A stretch of DNA of 64,000 bases from Nemertoderma westbladi (taxonomy: Eukaryota; Animalia; Xenacoelomorpha). Positions 51,573-64,000 of this stretch are shown one piece after another (positions within the stretch are counted from its first letter, which is position 1; each line of letters opens with the position of its first letter). A model generated the notes under the pieces. It saw only the letters and a program-made list of their open reading frames with translations, ran no database searches and was not told the DNA's origin. The DNA lies in assembly GCA_032718475.1 (NCBI GenBank), contig JAUCBJ010001113.1, positions 1 through 64,000 on the forward strand. The letters run 5' to 3'. The position numbers were made by a program, and so were the translations under genes.

Positions 51573-52487
51573 GCTGTGCACCGCTGTCTTCGGGCGGCTG
51601 TCTGAACCCGCATCAGATTCCGGTTATGGTAGACTCAAAAGTTTCTGATTCTTCCATTCATGGGGATGACTCCGACTCTGACTCCGACACTGACTCATTC
51701 TCAAGTGCGGTTATTACACAAATACCGGCTAGGCGCTCCTGTGACAGACACTCGTCTGCTCCAGGTGGATTCACACCATCGACCTCGGCTTCTCCCCCAT
51801 CCCTTTCAACACTGGATCGGTTGGAGTCGGCGTTTGGTGGTCCCTGGCTTAACACTCCTGGTTCATCGACTGATCTGGCCTGGGAGGCTCGGTACTCCCG
51901 TCTCACTCTCCTTCCGGGACATCAGTACATAGTGCCGGGTGGGAATGTTGGTCGGAAGATCGCCGATTTCTTGGCCCGCAAGCTGGAGTTCCTGACAGAT
52001 GGGATACACCCATCTGCCGGAACGGCCCCTCTGCTTCATCGCAGTCATGTTTCAACGAGACCCAATGGTGAAGAAGAGCGCGGATATCCGGCGCACCCTA
52101 TTGCGTCGGATAGGTATGTGGGAGCGTGAGGAGTTCAACCAGCTGGTGGTCGAATCGGAGCGTTGCAGCATGAAATTCGCCAAGTCCCGAGGATCTGGTG
52201 GTCAAGAGACCCCAGCCCAAGTTTTAATAGAAAAATTCTGGCTGGACAGAACCGGGCTGCCGTCCGCCTCATCACAGACAGGGACAGAGGTGGGATTTTA
52301 GATCCGGATGCCCAGGCTGAGGGACGACCACCTGGGGTTACCATTCGCGATGTCCTCTCGGAGAAACACCCGCCCCAATTGGATGTATCTCTCGATGCGT
52401 TCGAGCCCTGCGACGAGTTGCCCACCTTCGAGGACGTCGACATCACGGGGCAACTCGTCCTCAAGGTAACTCGTGCTCTGTGGGGTG
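51573..52487 (+). mobile_element. CRE-like non-LTR retrotransposon, region upstream of RT
   Basis: Y.VPGGNVGR..ADFLA, ERPLCF..VMFQRD..VKKSADIRR.L.RR..MW, RAAVRLITDRDRGGIL, LSEKHP. Confidence 0.6.
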
Positions 52488-53075
52488 GAACATAGTCAAC
52501 CACAATAATGAACAAGAATGGTGCAAGTGTGTCTCCATGGAGGACGCCCCATAACACTTCAAATGGTTCTGTGTCACCGTCAACAGTAGACACAAATGTA
52601 GTCGAACCATCATATACTGATCTGATTGCTGCAATAATTTCATCAGGAATCCCATATAATGAAAGTATGCTGAACATTCGTGAGCGAGCTAATGACGCAT
52701 CGGAGAACATATGTAGATCCAGATTCGTCATGTCCCCATCCGGGAAAAGAATCAAAGGCCTTGAAGAAGTCAACAAAGATAACAGCCAGATGCCTGTCTT
52801 TCTTTTTTGATAACTCTTCAATTATCCTTCTTAAGTGCCAAAATGGGCTCCATGGTCCCACGACCTTTACGGAACCCATTCTGATTTCCACGGAGCAGTC
52901 TCTCAATGGGATCCCTGATGCGATTTAATAAAATCCTATTGCATAGCTTTGCAGCAATCGAGATCAATGAGATTCCCCGAAAAGAACCATAGAGTGTTAG
53001 GTTGCCCTTCTTGGGAACTGGCACCAATTTATTTGTTTTCATTTCTTGTGGGATTCTTGTTGTTCGGTACATGTC
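52488..53075 (-). mobile_element. RTE-group RT fragment
   Basis: VPVPKKGNL, FRGISL, NQNGFRKGR, FVDFFKAFDS, GVLHGDTLAPFLF. Confidence 0.88.
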
Positions 53076-53573
53076 TACTTATGCCACCTTTCTAACTCTG
53101 TCGTTGCCCTTATTTCGTCCACCCTGTTTGCGACGAATATAGGGTATCTCGTCCTTTCATTATGTAGCCAACCAAGCACTACCATGGAGTCCGTCCAGTA
53201 GTGTGTTTCCACTATGTTGGGAATAGCGTCCATCAAGTAGGCTGTGGCCCTAACTCCTAACGTCGCAGCTGTCAACTCGAGTTTCGGAACCGATGCTGAA
53301 TCTGGCGGTGTCGACTTCGCTTTGCTGAATGCGAGTCTGGGCTTGTGAGCCCCCTCTCGTTGTACTAAGTAGAGTGCCGCTCCGTATGCCTCTAATGACG
53401 CATCGGAGAACATATGTAGATCCAGATTCGTCATGTCCCCATCCGGGAAATAACACGTGTGGCATGCTGTATATTCCCATCTGCTCTAAACTCTCTGTCC
53501 ACTTGCACCACTGCTTGCTGATCTCTTCCGGTACCTCTGTGTCCCACTCGTCCTGCAGTAATTCAAGCAGCAA
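53076..53573 (-). mobile_element. BEL/Pao RNase H fragment of a third family
   Basis: LHMFSDASLEAYGA, SVPKLEL, YWTDSMVVLGW, FVANRV. Confidence 0.88.
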
Positions 53574-54257
53574 TCACCATCTATGTGAAAACTACATTTA
53601 TCTTCTACAGTAGTTAATTTATCGTGGAAGGGACACGGAGATAAATAATTGTAATATAGTCGAAATATTCCCAATTTGTTCATCGATTTTGGAGCGTAAA
53701 CATCAAGTTGGATATTTAATATTGCGGCTTTCATCAACCCGAATACATATATATTATATTTATTTTTTAATTGTCTCTTCATGTACTTTTTAAAGTCATC
53801 TTGCGAAATGTTGCCGTAATCCCAGGGTAAATGCGATGTAATATCGCATAAATTGTTTACGTGGGCTTTATCTAATGCCGATAAGTTAATATCAGGAGGT
53901 CCTTTAATTAAAAACGTCTTTATATCGCGGGGTAGCTCAGTTGGTTGAGAACCGGGCCTGCAATCTAATGGTTGTAGGTTCAGCCCCGCCAGGGTCCACT
54001 CAGCCTTTCATCCACTGGGGTCGATAAAATGAGTACCAGTTAAATAACTGGGAGCAAATCTTGGGATAGGAGTAGCGCCCACCCCTACCCTCGGGTAGCA
54101 GCTATCGAAAGAGGAGCCTTCGGGTCGCCTCCGGCTTCGGCCGACTGTTTGCTTTGTATTTAGAATCGAATATAGCAAATTCTTTAAATACTATCGGATA
54201 TTCCTTATTGTCTATCCTATAATAATATTGAAAATCAACAAAAATAACATTATCCAT
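53574..54257 (-). pseudogene. Conserved Polinton ORF (DEDD exonuclease-like), split by a SINE
   Basis: Manual translation: MDNVIFVDFQYY...VFKEFAIFDS[SINE]KDVFLIKGPP...HLPWDYGNI...IYVFGLMK...CPFH. Confidence 0.6.
53926..54152 (+). mobile_element. tRNA-derived SINE with Nin/Deu-like core
   Basis: A box TAGCTCAGTTGG, B box GGTTCAGCCC, core CCACTCAGCCTTTCATCC...GGGTCGATAAAATGAGTACCAG, approximate TSD CTTTRTAT. Confidence 0.85.
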
Positions 54258-54301
54258 TTTATCGAATAATATTTTTAAATAAACAAAAGTTAAATGATTA
54301 A

Positions 54302-54754
54302 TTACAACGCATGTTGGTTTATTTTATAATAATTAACAAGCCATTTATATAATATTATTTCATTTATTTCTACATTATTTGTAAACGTTCTCATTGGATA
54401 GTTTGTGTGAATTCGATTTACCAAGTAATAAAGACAGTATAACCCGCATGTGGTCCTTCTAGGGTCTTGAAATTGCCTGCGAGTAGTACACCACCTTGCT
54501 GAATTTTTCTCAAGCCATTTCTCAATACATCTGTTTGGATATTTTGGACCAAACGAATTAAATAATTCAGCTTCATTATCTCGTATATATATAGCCACCC
54601 AATGAACACCAGGTAGATGCGCTTTATCAGTATTTACTATTAACCCATAGTCTCTTCGCTTATTATTATCTAATTTAGGTAATTTATTAGATGGAAATGC
54701 CCCCAAATAGTGACCACCCACTGGAAACATATCAAGGTCCTCTGTAGATAACAT
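54302..54754 (-). CDS. Polinton adenain-like cysteine protease
   Basis: NTD....PGVHWVA, FNSFG, QFQ....TCGLYCLYYL. Confidence 0.92.
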   Translation of the reverse strand: MLSTEDLDMFPVGGHYLGAFPSNKLPKLDNNKRRDYGLIVNTDKAHLPGVHWVAIYIRDNEAELFNSFGPKYPNRCIEKWLEKNSARWCTTRRQFQDPRRTTCGLYCLYYLVNRIHTNYPMRTFTNNVEINEIILYKWLVNYYKINQHAL

Positions 54755-54756
54755 AC

Positions 54757-54970
54757 TTAATCGATATGTATTTCTTTCCTGCTATTTAAGCTTAATGATT
54801 GATCATAAATATTAAAAACAATTACATTTATGGTCTCAACCAGCTGATCGGCAAATCTTAATTTTAATTGTCCGTTAGTATATATCGATGGTTGCGGATC
54901 CCTAACATAGCCGTCGGCAGTTAGGTCCCAGGATATGAGAGGGCAATTACCTAAGTAGGTTTCAGTAAGC
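54757..54970 (-). pseudogene. C-terminus of the Polinton major capsid protein
   Basis: Manual translation Y LGNCPLISWDLTADG...GQLKLRFADQLVETINVIVFNIYDQSLSLNSRKEIHID* fits the Maverick MCP C-terminal pattern and lies directly upstream of the protease. Confidence 0.75.
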
Positions 54971-55041
54971 GCTCAGTAAGGTTCAAACAACATATTAATA
55001 TGAAAATAAATTATCTGCAAAGAAAAGAACCCAATACTATA

Positions 55042-55581
55042 TAATTTGACCTTATTAAAAAAATGGAACTTTTGCACACTTATTTGTACAAATGCACTTT
55101 AGCAGATCGTAATGGTGGCTCTTATTTAACAAACTTATGTTTATCCTCTACCGATCTACGATGGTGTATGATCAAGTGTCAGTCGCTAAAAGAGTCAAAA
55201 ATCCAATTTAATAAATCTGGATTTGCGATTTTGGACCATATTCATGGACAATTTTAAGTCACTTTATATTCATAAAAAGTTAAACAAATGTTACGATTAT
55301 AGTTAGAAATCATTCCAAACTACATTTTAATCCAAAAAATAACATTCTACGATGAATAGAACTGGAAATAACAGTGTTTGAAATATCGAAAAAATGTTCA
55401 CTATTTAAGTGCATTTTGCACTAAGTGCACATTTTTTTTTCCCAAGTTTTATCCTATTTCACATACTACAATCTATCCTCTATCCAATGAAAAAAGTTTC
55501 AGATCAAACGGGCCAGTAGAACCGAAGTTATTGCTGTTTAAAAATAGTCACTCGAAAATTTCAAATTCTCTTGGTCACATA
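55042..55581. mobile_element. Possible non-autonomous DNA transposon remnant
   Basis: Weak terminal inversion TTTGACC / GGTCACA; AT-rich non-coding segment between Polinton and BEL sequences. Confidence 0.3.
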
Positions 55582-56577
55582 GTCTAGTGGGGAAGAGGAA
55601 CAACCTCAGGTAATAGTATTAGGATCCCCTACCGCTACTGTAAGGAAGGATTGTACAGCAACCCAACCAGAGGTGAGTGATAGGGAGGGTAGTGTAGCAG
55701 AAGCGAGAGCCCGGAGCCCAGTTTCCAGACCTGTGGGTATGGTAAGTGCCGTGGTCCCAGCGGCTGTTAGGAGTACCCGTAGTTCCCGAAATAATCCTTC
55801 AAGTCCACCAAGTGTGAGTCAGGTAAGCGAAAGAGAACTTGACATCGCGATAAAGAAGAAACTTCTCGCGCATGCCGGACATATAACCCGGACGGCGGAC
55901 AAGGTAAGGAAGATGTTAGCAGACTCAGCGAACATCGGAAGGGAAGGGTTAGTAGAGATTAGAAGAGGATACAACTCAGCGTTATTCAAACAGACGGAGG
56001 AGCTTGCAGTCCTAGCAAAGAAGGCAGTAGAGTCTCAGTCGAGCGACGTGGCGACGAGGATTTACGACAGGGTTTTAGCAGCCTTGTTGGAGCACCGCAC
56101 GTTATCGGAGCGATTCCGACGAGTTAGGACGGATAACTGGCTGCTATGGGCATCACAAGTGCAGGCGACTCAGGTGAGTGACGCAGAGTCGAGAGACTTA
56201 GTGGAGCAGGAAGAAACGCAAGATAAGGAGGAGCGCCATTATCAGAGGGAAGTTACCAGCTGGCTGATGCAGAGTGGAGTGGTGGTACCGGGTCAGGTGC
56301 TACCGACGATGGAGAATATCCAACAGAGAACGTTAACTCCACCCGACGACGCATCTAGAGACAGTGGCGATTCCCAGGTTAGTCAGGGAAAGTTATATGT
56401 GCTAGATCCCTTGTTTCTCACAACTCGGCGGAGGAGAGAAGACGCCGACTGGACGAACAACAGGCGGAAGTTTTGCGTGCATCGGAAGCACGGAAGGAAG
56501 CTGAGCGGGAACGGGAGCGCACACGTAAGTTAGACGCAAAGTTGCGAGAGTTGGAAGACAAAGGTAAGCGTGAGCAA

Positions 56578-56795
56578 GCGGAACGCGAACAGGAAGAACG
56601 AGAACTCCAACTCGAACGCGAACGCGAAGAACGCGAACTCCAACTCGAACGCGAACACGAAGAATGAGAACTCCAACTCGAACGCGAACGTGAAGAACGC
56701 GAACTCCAACTCGAATGCGAACGGGAAGCTAAGGAACGCGAGCAAAGAAGACGCGAACTCCAACTCAAACGCAAGCGCAAGGAGCGCGAACTTGA
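56578..56795 (+). repeat. Coding repeat (ERELQLEREREE)
   Basis: 33-bp units GAACGCGAACTCCAACTCGAACGC. Confidence 0.85.
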
Positions 56796-59700
56796 GAGCG
56801 AGAGGGAGCGACGGGCGTTGTATGAAGAGAAGGCGCGTGTGGAAGAAGAGGGCGCAGCGAGACGAGTGAGGGAAGAAGAAGAACGTAAACTGGCGCAGTT
56901 GGAAAGTGCGAGATTAAACCTAGAGAGCGAGGAACGGACTAGAAAGGCAAATGAAATCGCCGAGAAGGGGATGCGAATGATCGAAGAATGTGGGGCGAGT
57001 GTAGGGACCGAGTTGCGAGAACTGTTCGCACTGCAGAAGGCCGAACAGGAAGCGAGAACTCCAACTATACGCGAGTCGACGACGACCAGAATTCCTAAAC
57101 CCAGTCCAGCTATTACGAGTACTCGGATCGCTAAACCGTTCTCTACATATCGCACACCAGTTGGTATTAGTGCTTCACCTATCGCGCAGAATCCAGCGTA
57201 TCATCGCACCGCACCACTATACATGGAACGTGAGAACGAAAAGTTTAGAGGAGAAACTCCGACGGGCCGAGTATTGGGCGAACCGAACCCGTGGGTTTGG
57301 AATACGCGGACGGAGCGCCGACCCAGTTCGACGGAGAACTTCCGGGTTAAACCGGAAGAGGGATCATATGAGAGACAGCGGATTACTCAGATAGAGCCGA
57401 CTACACAACAGAACCATAGCCAGGAATTTATTACGAGGGATGAGTTAAGTGCTAGTTTAGCGTAAGCTATATCGCCGCACATCCAACCTATAACGGACAT
57501 GCTTAGCAACCTACAGTTAAAGGAAGCAGCCCAGGTAAGTCTAATTCTAATCGTAGCAGGCCTGAGTCAGATAAAGTCCAACCTAGTCAACGAGTACGTA
57601 TATCGGAGGCAACTATACCACATAGACCTCAGGTAAGGACGCCTGTCCCAACTATCCATAATCCCGATTTAGAAAATTCGGCGGAGAAATTTATACAAGA
57701 TGCCTGGGTCAGGGCCTCGGCGCGCAAACCATCGCGAGCGCTAAGGACTGACACAGAATCGAGTGATAAAGAGGAAGACATGAGACGTCAGAAGTCCCGA
57801 AACTATAAGGAAAGAAGGACGGATGCGGAGCAGGTAAGTTTGAACCACCAGGAAAGGACCAGACTTAACAACCCTGCGGAACTAAACCATTTGTTAACCC
57901 GGAACGACGCAACCCTTAGGGACATAGGTAAGTTTGCTGCTAGGCAAGGACTGCCGACGCAACAACCCCAGAAGTTTATGGGTAACCACAAGCACTGGAG
58001 TACGTTCAAAACCTATGTCGACGAGCAGCTAACCAACAGCACCTTTACTCCCAACGAGAAGTTCAACTATTTGCTTCAGATGCTCCATCGAGAACCTAGA
58101 GCCATTGCTGACAACTTCGTCGGCAATGAAAGAGCATTTGAGTTGGCAATGAAGATGCTTAGCGACATCTACGGGAATAAAACCAAGATGGCACAGTCGA
58201 TAGTAGAAGACTTGGGTAAGGGCAGAAAGATTACAACTCCGTTAGAGCTGTTGAACTTAGCGAACGCTATTTCGAATGCATTGGACATCTTGAAGACGGT
58301 GAATCTACCTCATCATGGTGATCACGCCGAAGTTTTGAAGAGTGTAATAAGATGTTTAAACATGCGTTACCGACAGAAATGGCGCAAATTAGAGAATAAG
58401 TTGGAGGGTCAAGGTAAAGTATTGACACTTCAGCATATTCATGACATGATAGCCACAGACGCAGTAGCAGAGATGAAATCAAACTTCTCCGAGGAGAATA
58501 TGAGAGAGTCTAAACCTGTTACCAGTAAGTCTATGGTAAGTTTTGACGATGACAGGACCACTGTGACTTATAACTCAGTAGACAGATATAATTCGAGTAC
58601 CCCAGCCTTTAGATCAGACTCGCGAGTATGGTCAGGTGAGCGGTTAGATAGACCTAGGTTAAAGCAACAGGAGTTGCCGGATGGATTTATAGGTTGCCAA
58701 TACTGTTTACTAAAGGAGGTAAGATCTGACGACCATAAGTTAGATAGTTGCAGATGGTTTAAAGAATTAAATTCGGAACAGAGAAGAGTTCAAGTGCGGA
58801 CGTTGGACACCTGTTGGGCATGTCTTGCGCCAGGTCATGTATGGCGGCAGTGCCCGAACAGCAAGGACGGATGCATGGAATGCGGCAGACTACATCACAA
58901 GTTGCTACATGCGGATTTCCATACCCCAACGGACCGTTACTTACAGCGAAATCCTCACAGGAAGGGGAGCAAAGAACCCGTATCGATAAGGAGGAATACG
59001 TATACCGGCATCCAGGACAATGGTTATCAACCAGGTTCGTCGGACGAGGATGGCGAGTCGAGCGCAAGAGAGGTGACCTGCCAAGGTTTCACCGCGGATA
59101 GTTCATCGACCAGCGCGCGGACGTATTTATCATCGGCCATGTCAGAAACAGTTAGCGTGATTCCGGTGAAACTTACTGGAGATAAGGGATCTAAGCGAAT
59201 ATATATGATGTTGGACACTGCGTCCACATTATCGTATATCGACGAGGAAGTGGCGAGAGCCGTTTCTAGCTACCAGGATGCTGAGGAAATCCAAATAGAG
59301 TTGAAGTCTATGCATGGGGTAGGAGACCTCAAGGGACACAGAATTTCGGTAGAACTAGACTCCCTACTTCTGAGAGACCAACACACTCGACAAGAACGAA
59401 GAGCTTTGCCATTGGACGGATTTAAGTGTCTAGCTAAGAAGGGATTCGGCAGGCAGTTAGGTAAGGTGCCGCCGATGAGTCCCATACCACAGGAGTATTT
59501 TGACAAACTCAGAATACCGAGACACCAGGTAGGTTATAGGAATGTTTCTATGTTGATTGGTGCAGAACAGCTGATCGCACACCAAATATGGGAAACGAGA
59601 CCAGCTGAGCCGCATGTCAATGGACCACATTCCCATAGGACCATACTAGGTTGGTATACAAGAGTACCCATGTCTTATGAGTTTACAGGTGGCGACAAGC

Positions 59701-61935
59701 CAATAGACAGATACGACGAATTACAGCCTATAACTCAACCACCGTTAGTAGAACCACCAGACATAGACGAGTTTAGGAGAACCTGTATTGACCACTATAG
59801 TGACTTTAGCGAGTCGGACGAGGAGTTGATTCCCGATAATGTTAGGTTGTCGGAACCACTTCATAACGACCGGACAGATAGTGAACCCGAGGACTACTGT
59901 TATCAGACCCGTGGGTCTGGTTCAGCGGCCCACGCTACCTATTTGAGTAACGTTTTGACTTATACCGACATAGTGGAGGGTCAAGTGGCTAAATATCGAG
60001 ACCTAGACATTTTCCAATACAGTGAGGAGGAATTACAGAAGGAATTGATACGCCAGGACCTCGAGACAGGAGCTAGAACCATTGAATGGCTGGATAGGGA
60101 CGCAATGGAACCCGGTGGATATGACCTAGCCATGTCCACTGATGAGAAACGGTCACTGGAGATGATGGAAGATACCATACGTCTGCTACCGACTGGACAT
60201 TTTGAAGTTGGAATGTTGTGGCGTTGACAACCTCCTAAGTTGGAGAACAACTACAACTTAGCCTTGAAAAGATTGAACGGAGTAAGGGCCCGGTTGTTGA
60301 AGAATCCGGACATTAGGGAGAAGTATTGCGCCCAGATCAACAACTATTTTGCCAAGGGATTTGCTGGGAAGGTAGAGGACCCTGACTTAGTGACAGACCA
60401 GACTTATTACCTCCCACACCACTATGTGACTCACCCTGACAAGCCAGACAAAGTCCGAGTAGTCAACGACTGCGCAGCAGTCTACAGAGGTATGTCCCTG
60501 AATTCAGAGTTGATGGATGGTCCCAACCTGAAGAACTATTTGATAGGAATACTGTTGCGTTTTAGACAGCGTCGATTCGCATTTACTTGTGACATCGAGG
60601 CGATGTTCCACCAGGTAAGAGCCTGTAAGGCAGACCAGGATAGCCTTCGATTTCTCTGGTACGAGAATGAAGACTTATCCGGCCCAGTGGTTACATACCA
60701 AATGTACGTTAGGATATTTGGCGCCCGCGATAGTCCGAATGGCACACTGTTTGTTCTAAAGAAAACGGCAACAGCCCAGATTGGTAAGTATCCAGTAGAA
60801 GTCATCGAGTCCATCATGAGAAACTTCTATATGGACGACGGATTGGTGTCCAAGGACATGGCGGAACAAGCCACAGAAGTGGCTCACGGCCTGCAAGAGT
60901 GCTTGGCTACAGGGGGTTTTCCTCTAACCAAGTTCACTACGAACTCGGAGGCCCTATTAGAGTCGTTCCCGGTAAAGGATCGCGGGAGCGGAGACATTGA
61001 ATTGGGGGTAGAACCCATCCCCATGGCGCGAGTACTGGGACTCGCTTGGAATCCGAACACAGATAAATTCCAGGTGAGAGTTAGGTTTGAACCCAGTAGC
61101 CCAGACAAGGTTTTGACTAAGAGAATTTGCTTATCGACTGTAAATAGACTATTTGACCCGATGAACTTTATCAGTCCGGTAATATTACAGGCACGAGCGT
61201 GTATGAGGAAAATTTGGTTGTCCGACTTAGAGTGGGACGAACCAATATCTCCTATACATGCGAAGCAGTGGAGAGAGTGGGAGGCCGAGTTGCATCTATT
61301 GAAAAATATAGATGTACCCCGTTCCTACTTTCCGAATCAGCTGGTATTCCCAGCTGATCTCGAACTCCACTTGTTCAGTGACGCAAGTGACACTGGATTT
61401 GGTATGGTAGCCTACCTTCGCCGAGAGGTGAGTCAGGATAAATTTGAGACGGCCTTTGTGACTTCTAGATCAAAGACAATGCCGGTCAAATATATGACTG
61501 TCCCTCGTGCAGAGTTACAGGCGGCTGTAGTTTCAGTCGAGGTAAGTAAGCAGATAACAGAGGAATTAGACACGACATTGACCTTATTCTATTGGACGGA
61601 TGCATCCTTAGTGTTAGTATACATTGCGGCCAACAATATTGCACTAAAGACATTTGTGGCCAACAGACGCGCTCAGATCGTCGACTTTTCGACGAAGGAA
61701 CAATGTAGACATTGTCCGGGAGTGTTGAACCCGGCCGACATAACTTCGAGAGGTGCAATGCCGGCGGAATTCTGTCAGGAAGAGTCGCAGGAGTTTTGGT
61801 TGCATGGACCTGATTTTCTAACGAGGACACAGGAACATTGGCCAGAGCGACTAAAGATAGTGAACAATCCGATGCCTGAAGATGCAGAAGTCAAGGTGGA
61901 GAAAGTCTCTAAGTCGAAGTCTAAAGCCAAACTTA

Positions 61936-61996
61936 AGTCATTGGAGCGGCCTGAAGAGTCATTGGAGCGGCCTGAAGAGTCATTGGAGCGGCCTGG
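61936..61996 (+). repeat. 21-bp x3 tandem repeat (SLERPEE)
   Basis: AGTCATTGGAGCGGCCTGAAG units. Confidence 0.85.
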
Positions 61997-62061
61997 AGAC
62001 CTGTCAGAACAACAGACTTATGTGACTACTAGGTCCGGAAGGGTAAGTTATGACATAAAAC

Positions 62062-63099
62062 GAAGTTAAAGAAGGTAACTAAGTTTGAAGTCACTAGTAA
62101 TGGACATAAGATTGAAAATAAAAAGGAAGTTAAATATTTAGGCGCCACATTGGATAACTGCTTATCAGGAGAAAGTACAGTGAAAAATATTTTCTTGAAA
62201 GTTAACAGTAGGCTTAGGTTTCTATACAGAAATAAAAATAGTTTAAATACCGACTCCCGCAAGTTACTTTGCTCTTCTTTAATACAGTGTCACATGGACT
62301 ATGCGTGCTCTTCTTGGTATGAAGGCTTAACCAAACAGCTTAAATGTAAATTACAAGTAGCTCAGAATAAAGTAGTACGATTTATTAAAGACTACAAACC
62401 TAGGCACCACCTAACTCCAGATGACTTTTCTGAATCTGGACTACTTAACTTAGATAGTAGAGTTAAGCAGCTACGCCTTAACCATGTGCATAAAGTGTAT
62501 AATGGTAAATGTCCCAATTACCTAAAACAAAAATTCAACAGAGTACGCGATACACACTCTTACAGTACCAGAGCTAGTGCTTCAAACTTCTACCTCCCGA
62601 ATTGTAAATCCTTTGAATCTGATACTTTCTTTTTTAACGGCATAAAAAATTGGAACGCTCTGCCTAATGAAATTAAAAACCTAAATAATCAACATTCTTT
62701 TAAATCTGCAGTTAAATCTCATCTCCGTGTGCAATGTAAAAATAGGTACAATAGTCCTACAGTAAGTTATTAGTTTATTAATTATTTACTATTTATACTG
62801 TAATTACGTTTCATAATAAATTGTTCTGTACATTACATCTTTATCGTTGAGTCGGACATTGTCACGCTCTCGGTAAAGTTGTACATGTACATAGTGTAAT
62901 TACGTTTTATATTGGTTTTAGGTTAGCGTAGTGTAATATTGTATTTGTAACCAAGTAACATAAAGGACCCCCTTGGAAATAAGCTGCAAAGCTTTAGGGG
63001 TAATCCTATATGTTATGTTGGACAATACCTTTATACCGGTACATTGTTTGGTGTATTTGTTATTGTTTTTACATAATGTATAAATAAATCTATCTATCT
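62062..63099 (+). mobile_element. 5'-truncated L2-group LINE, same family as 46379-49188
   Basis: Near-identical to 48160-49188, (TCTA)n tail. Confidence 0.93.
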
Positions 63100-64000
63100 A
63101 CCATATCTACCAGAACAAAGTGGTACAAAACGGTTCGGAGTCTCTAAAGAGGAGATTACGTATTGATAACCGAACTGATTGTCAAGAGAAAGTATTGGGA
63201 GACGGGAGTGATCTTGCATATACACCCAGACATGCAAAACATAGTGTGCACAGTCACTGTGAAAATTAGGGGCAAGTGTCCGCACCCAAAGAAGTGTAAA
63301 ACTAATGGTTTACACACCTTGGACCGACCGGTCCAAGATATCGTGTTATTAGAGGAGACACGCATCGAGACTGGAGATTATAATTTGTCTCCTGCCTCAA
63401 AACAGAATTAGTGTTGGACGCAACTCACTTCGTATGCATTCCTCGTATGCAAATACTGGGAAATGCATAGGAGCGGGTTTGTGGTGATTTGCGTTGAGTT
63501 TGTCTGGTGGGTATCAAAACAAAAAATTTATTTTCAAAATTTTGGAAAATTAAGAAAATTTTAAAAAATTAGAAGTGAACCCAAGACAATTCCAGACGCT
63601 GTGTATAGACGCGTTTTAGAATTCGTCTATAGATAAACAGTGCAGTAATTTGAAAAGTCGTGAAGCCTGGAAAATAGCATTGAGAAACCATGGTGATGGC
63701 TATATTACGTAGGAGTGTAAATTGAGTTTAGCAACTTCCACAGATTGGTGCCAACAGTACAACTAAGGTGCTAAAGGTTAGTAGCACCAGGGCGTACGCG
63801 GACCCCACTCAGTAGTTTGCAGTGAAGTGTGATGTTCGATTATCAAACCTGTGGGTTTGGTATAGTCGAGTATTGAGATTATGGTCCTTTCTAACTACTG
63901 TAGTTTAGTACAAGTAATGGGAGTAGTTTGGGCATCAAAAAGTGAGTTGGTCACAGCCAGTTTACCTCCAAAGTTTTTGCGCTATGCATGGGAATAGGTT

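Larger units (their letters stand above)
55673..63411 (+). mobile_element. Second BEL/Pao family: gag-pol pseudogene, integrase core missing, no LTR seen
   Basis: KFMGNHKHW, CWACLAPGH...C, CMECGRLHHKLLH, MMLDTAS, CDIEAMFHQV, FYMDD, FSDAS, and DUF5641-like RTKWY...WETG...RPV. Stops and frameshifts. Confidence 0.92.

Noticed and set aside
53926-53995. tRNA gene
   Set aside because: No acceptor stem or terminator, and it continues into a SINE core with a TSD.
63412-64000. 3' LTR of the second BEL element
   Set aside because: No partner LTR, clear PPT or TSD within the window.

Overview
Animal (probably marine invertebrate) repeat-dense DNA with no host protein-coding gene. The window opens with 7.3 kb of (AACC)n, whose polarity and degeneration pattern fit a chromosome end with a (TTGG)n telomere. 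The array is fused directly to a truncated, inverted copy of a BEL/Pao element. The rest is a broken Polinton/Maverick (pPolB, integrase, ATPase, two minor capsid genes, MCP fragment, protease, TBP-like gene) with many nested insertions: a full-length 16.4-kb BEL/Pao element (19789-36164), a GalEa-type Copia (39407-44464), a second BEL family, L2-group, RTE and CRE-like LINE pieces, a Nin/Deu-type SINE, a solo LTR and several MITEs. Top finding: the BEL element has no tRNA primer-binding site. Instead, the 12 nt after the 5' LTR are exactly complementary to a 12-mer inside the LTR, and a diverged second copy keeps this pairing through two compensatory substitutions. This is the signature of Tf1-type self-primed reverse transcription, which I do not know to be described for BEL/Pao. 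Coordinates were read by eye; family assignments rest on motif recognition, not database searches.
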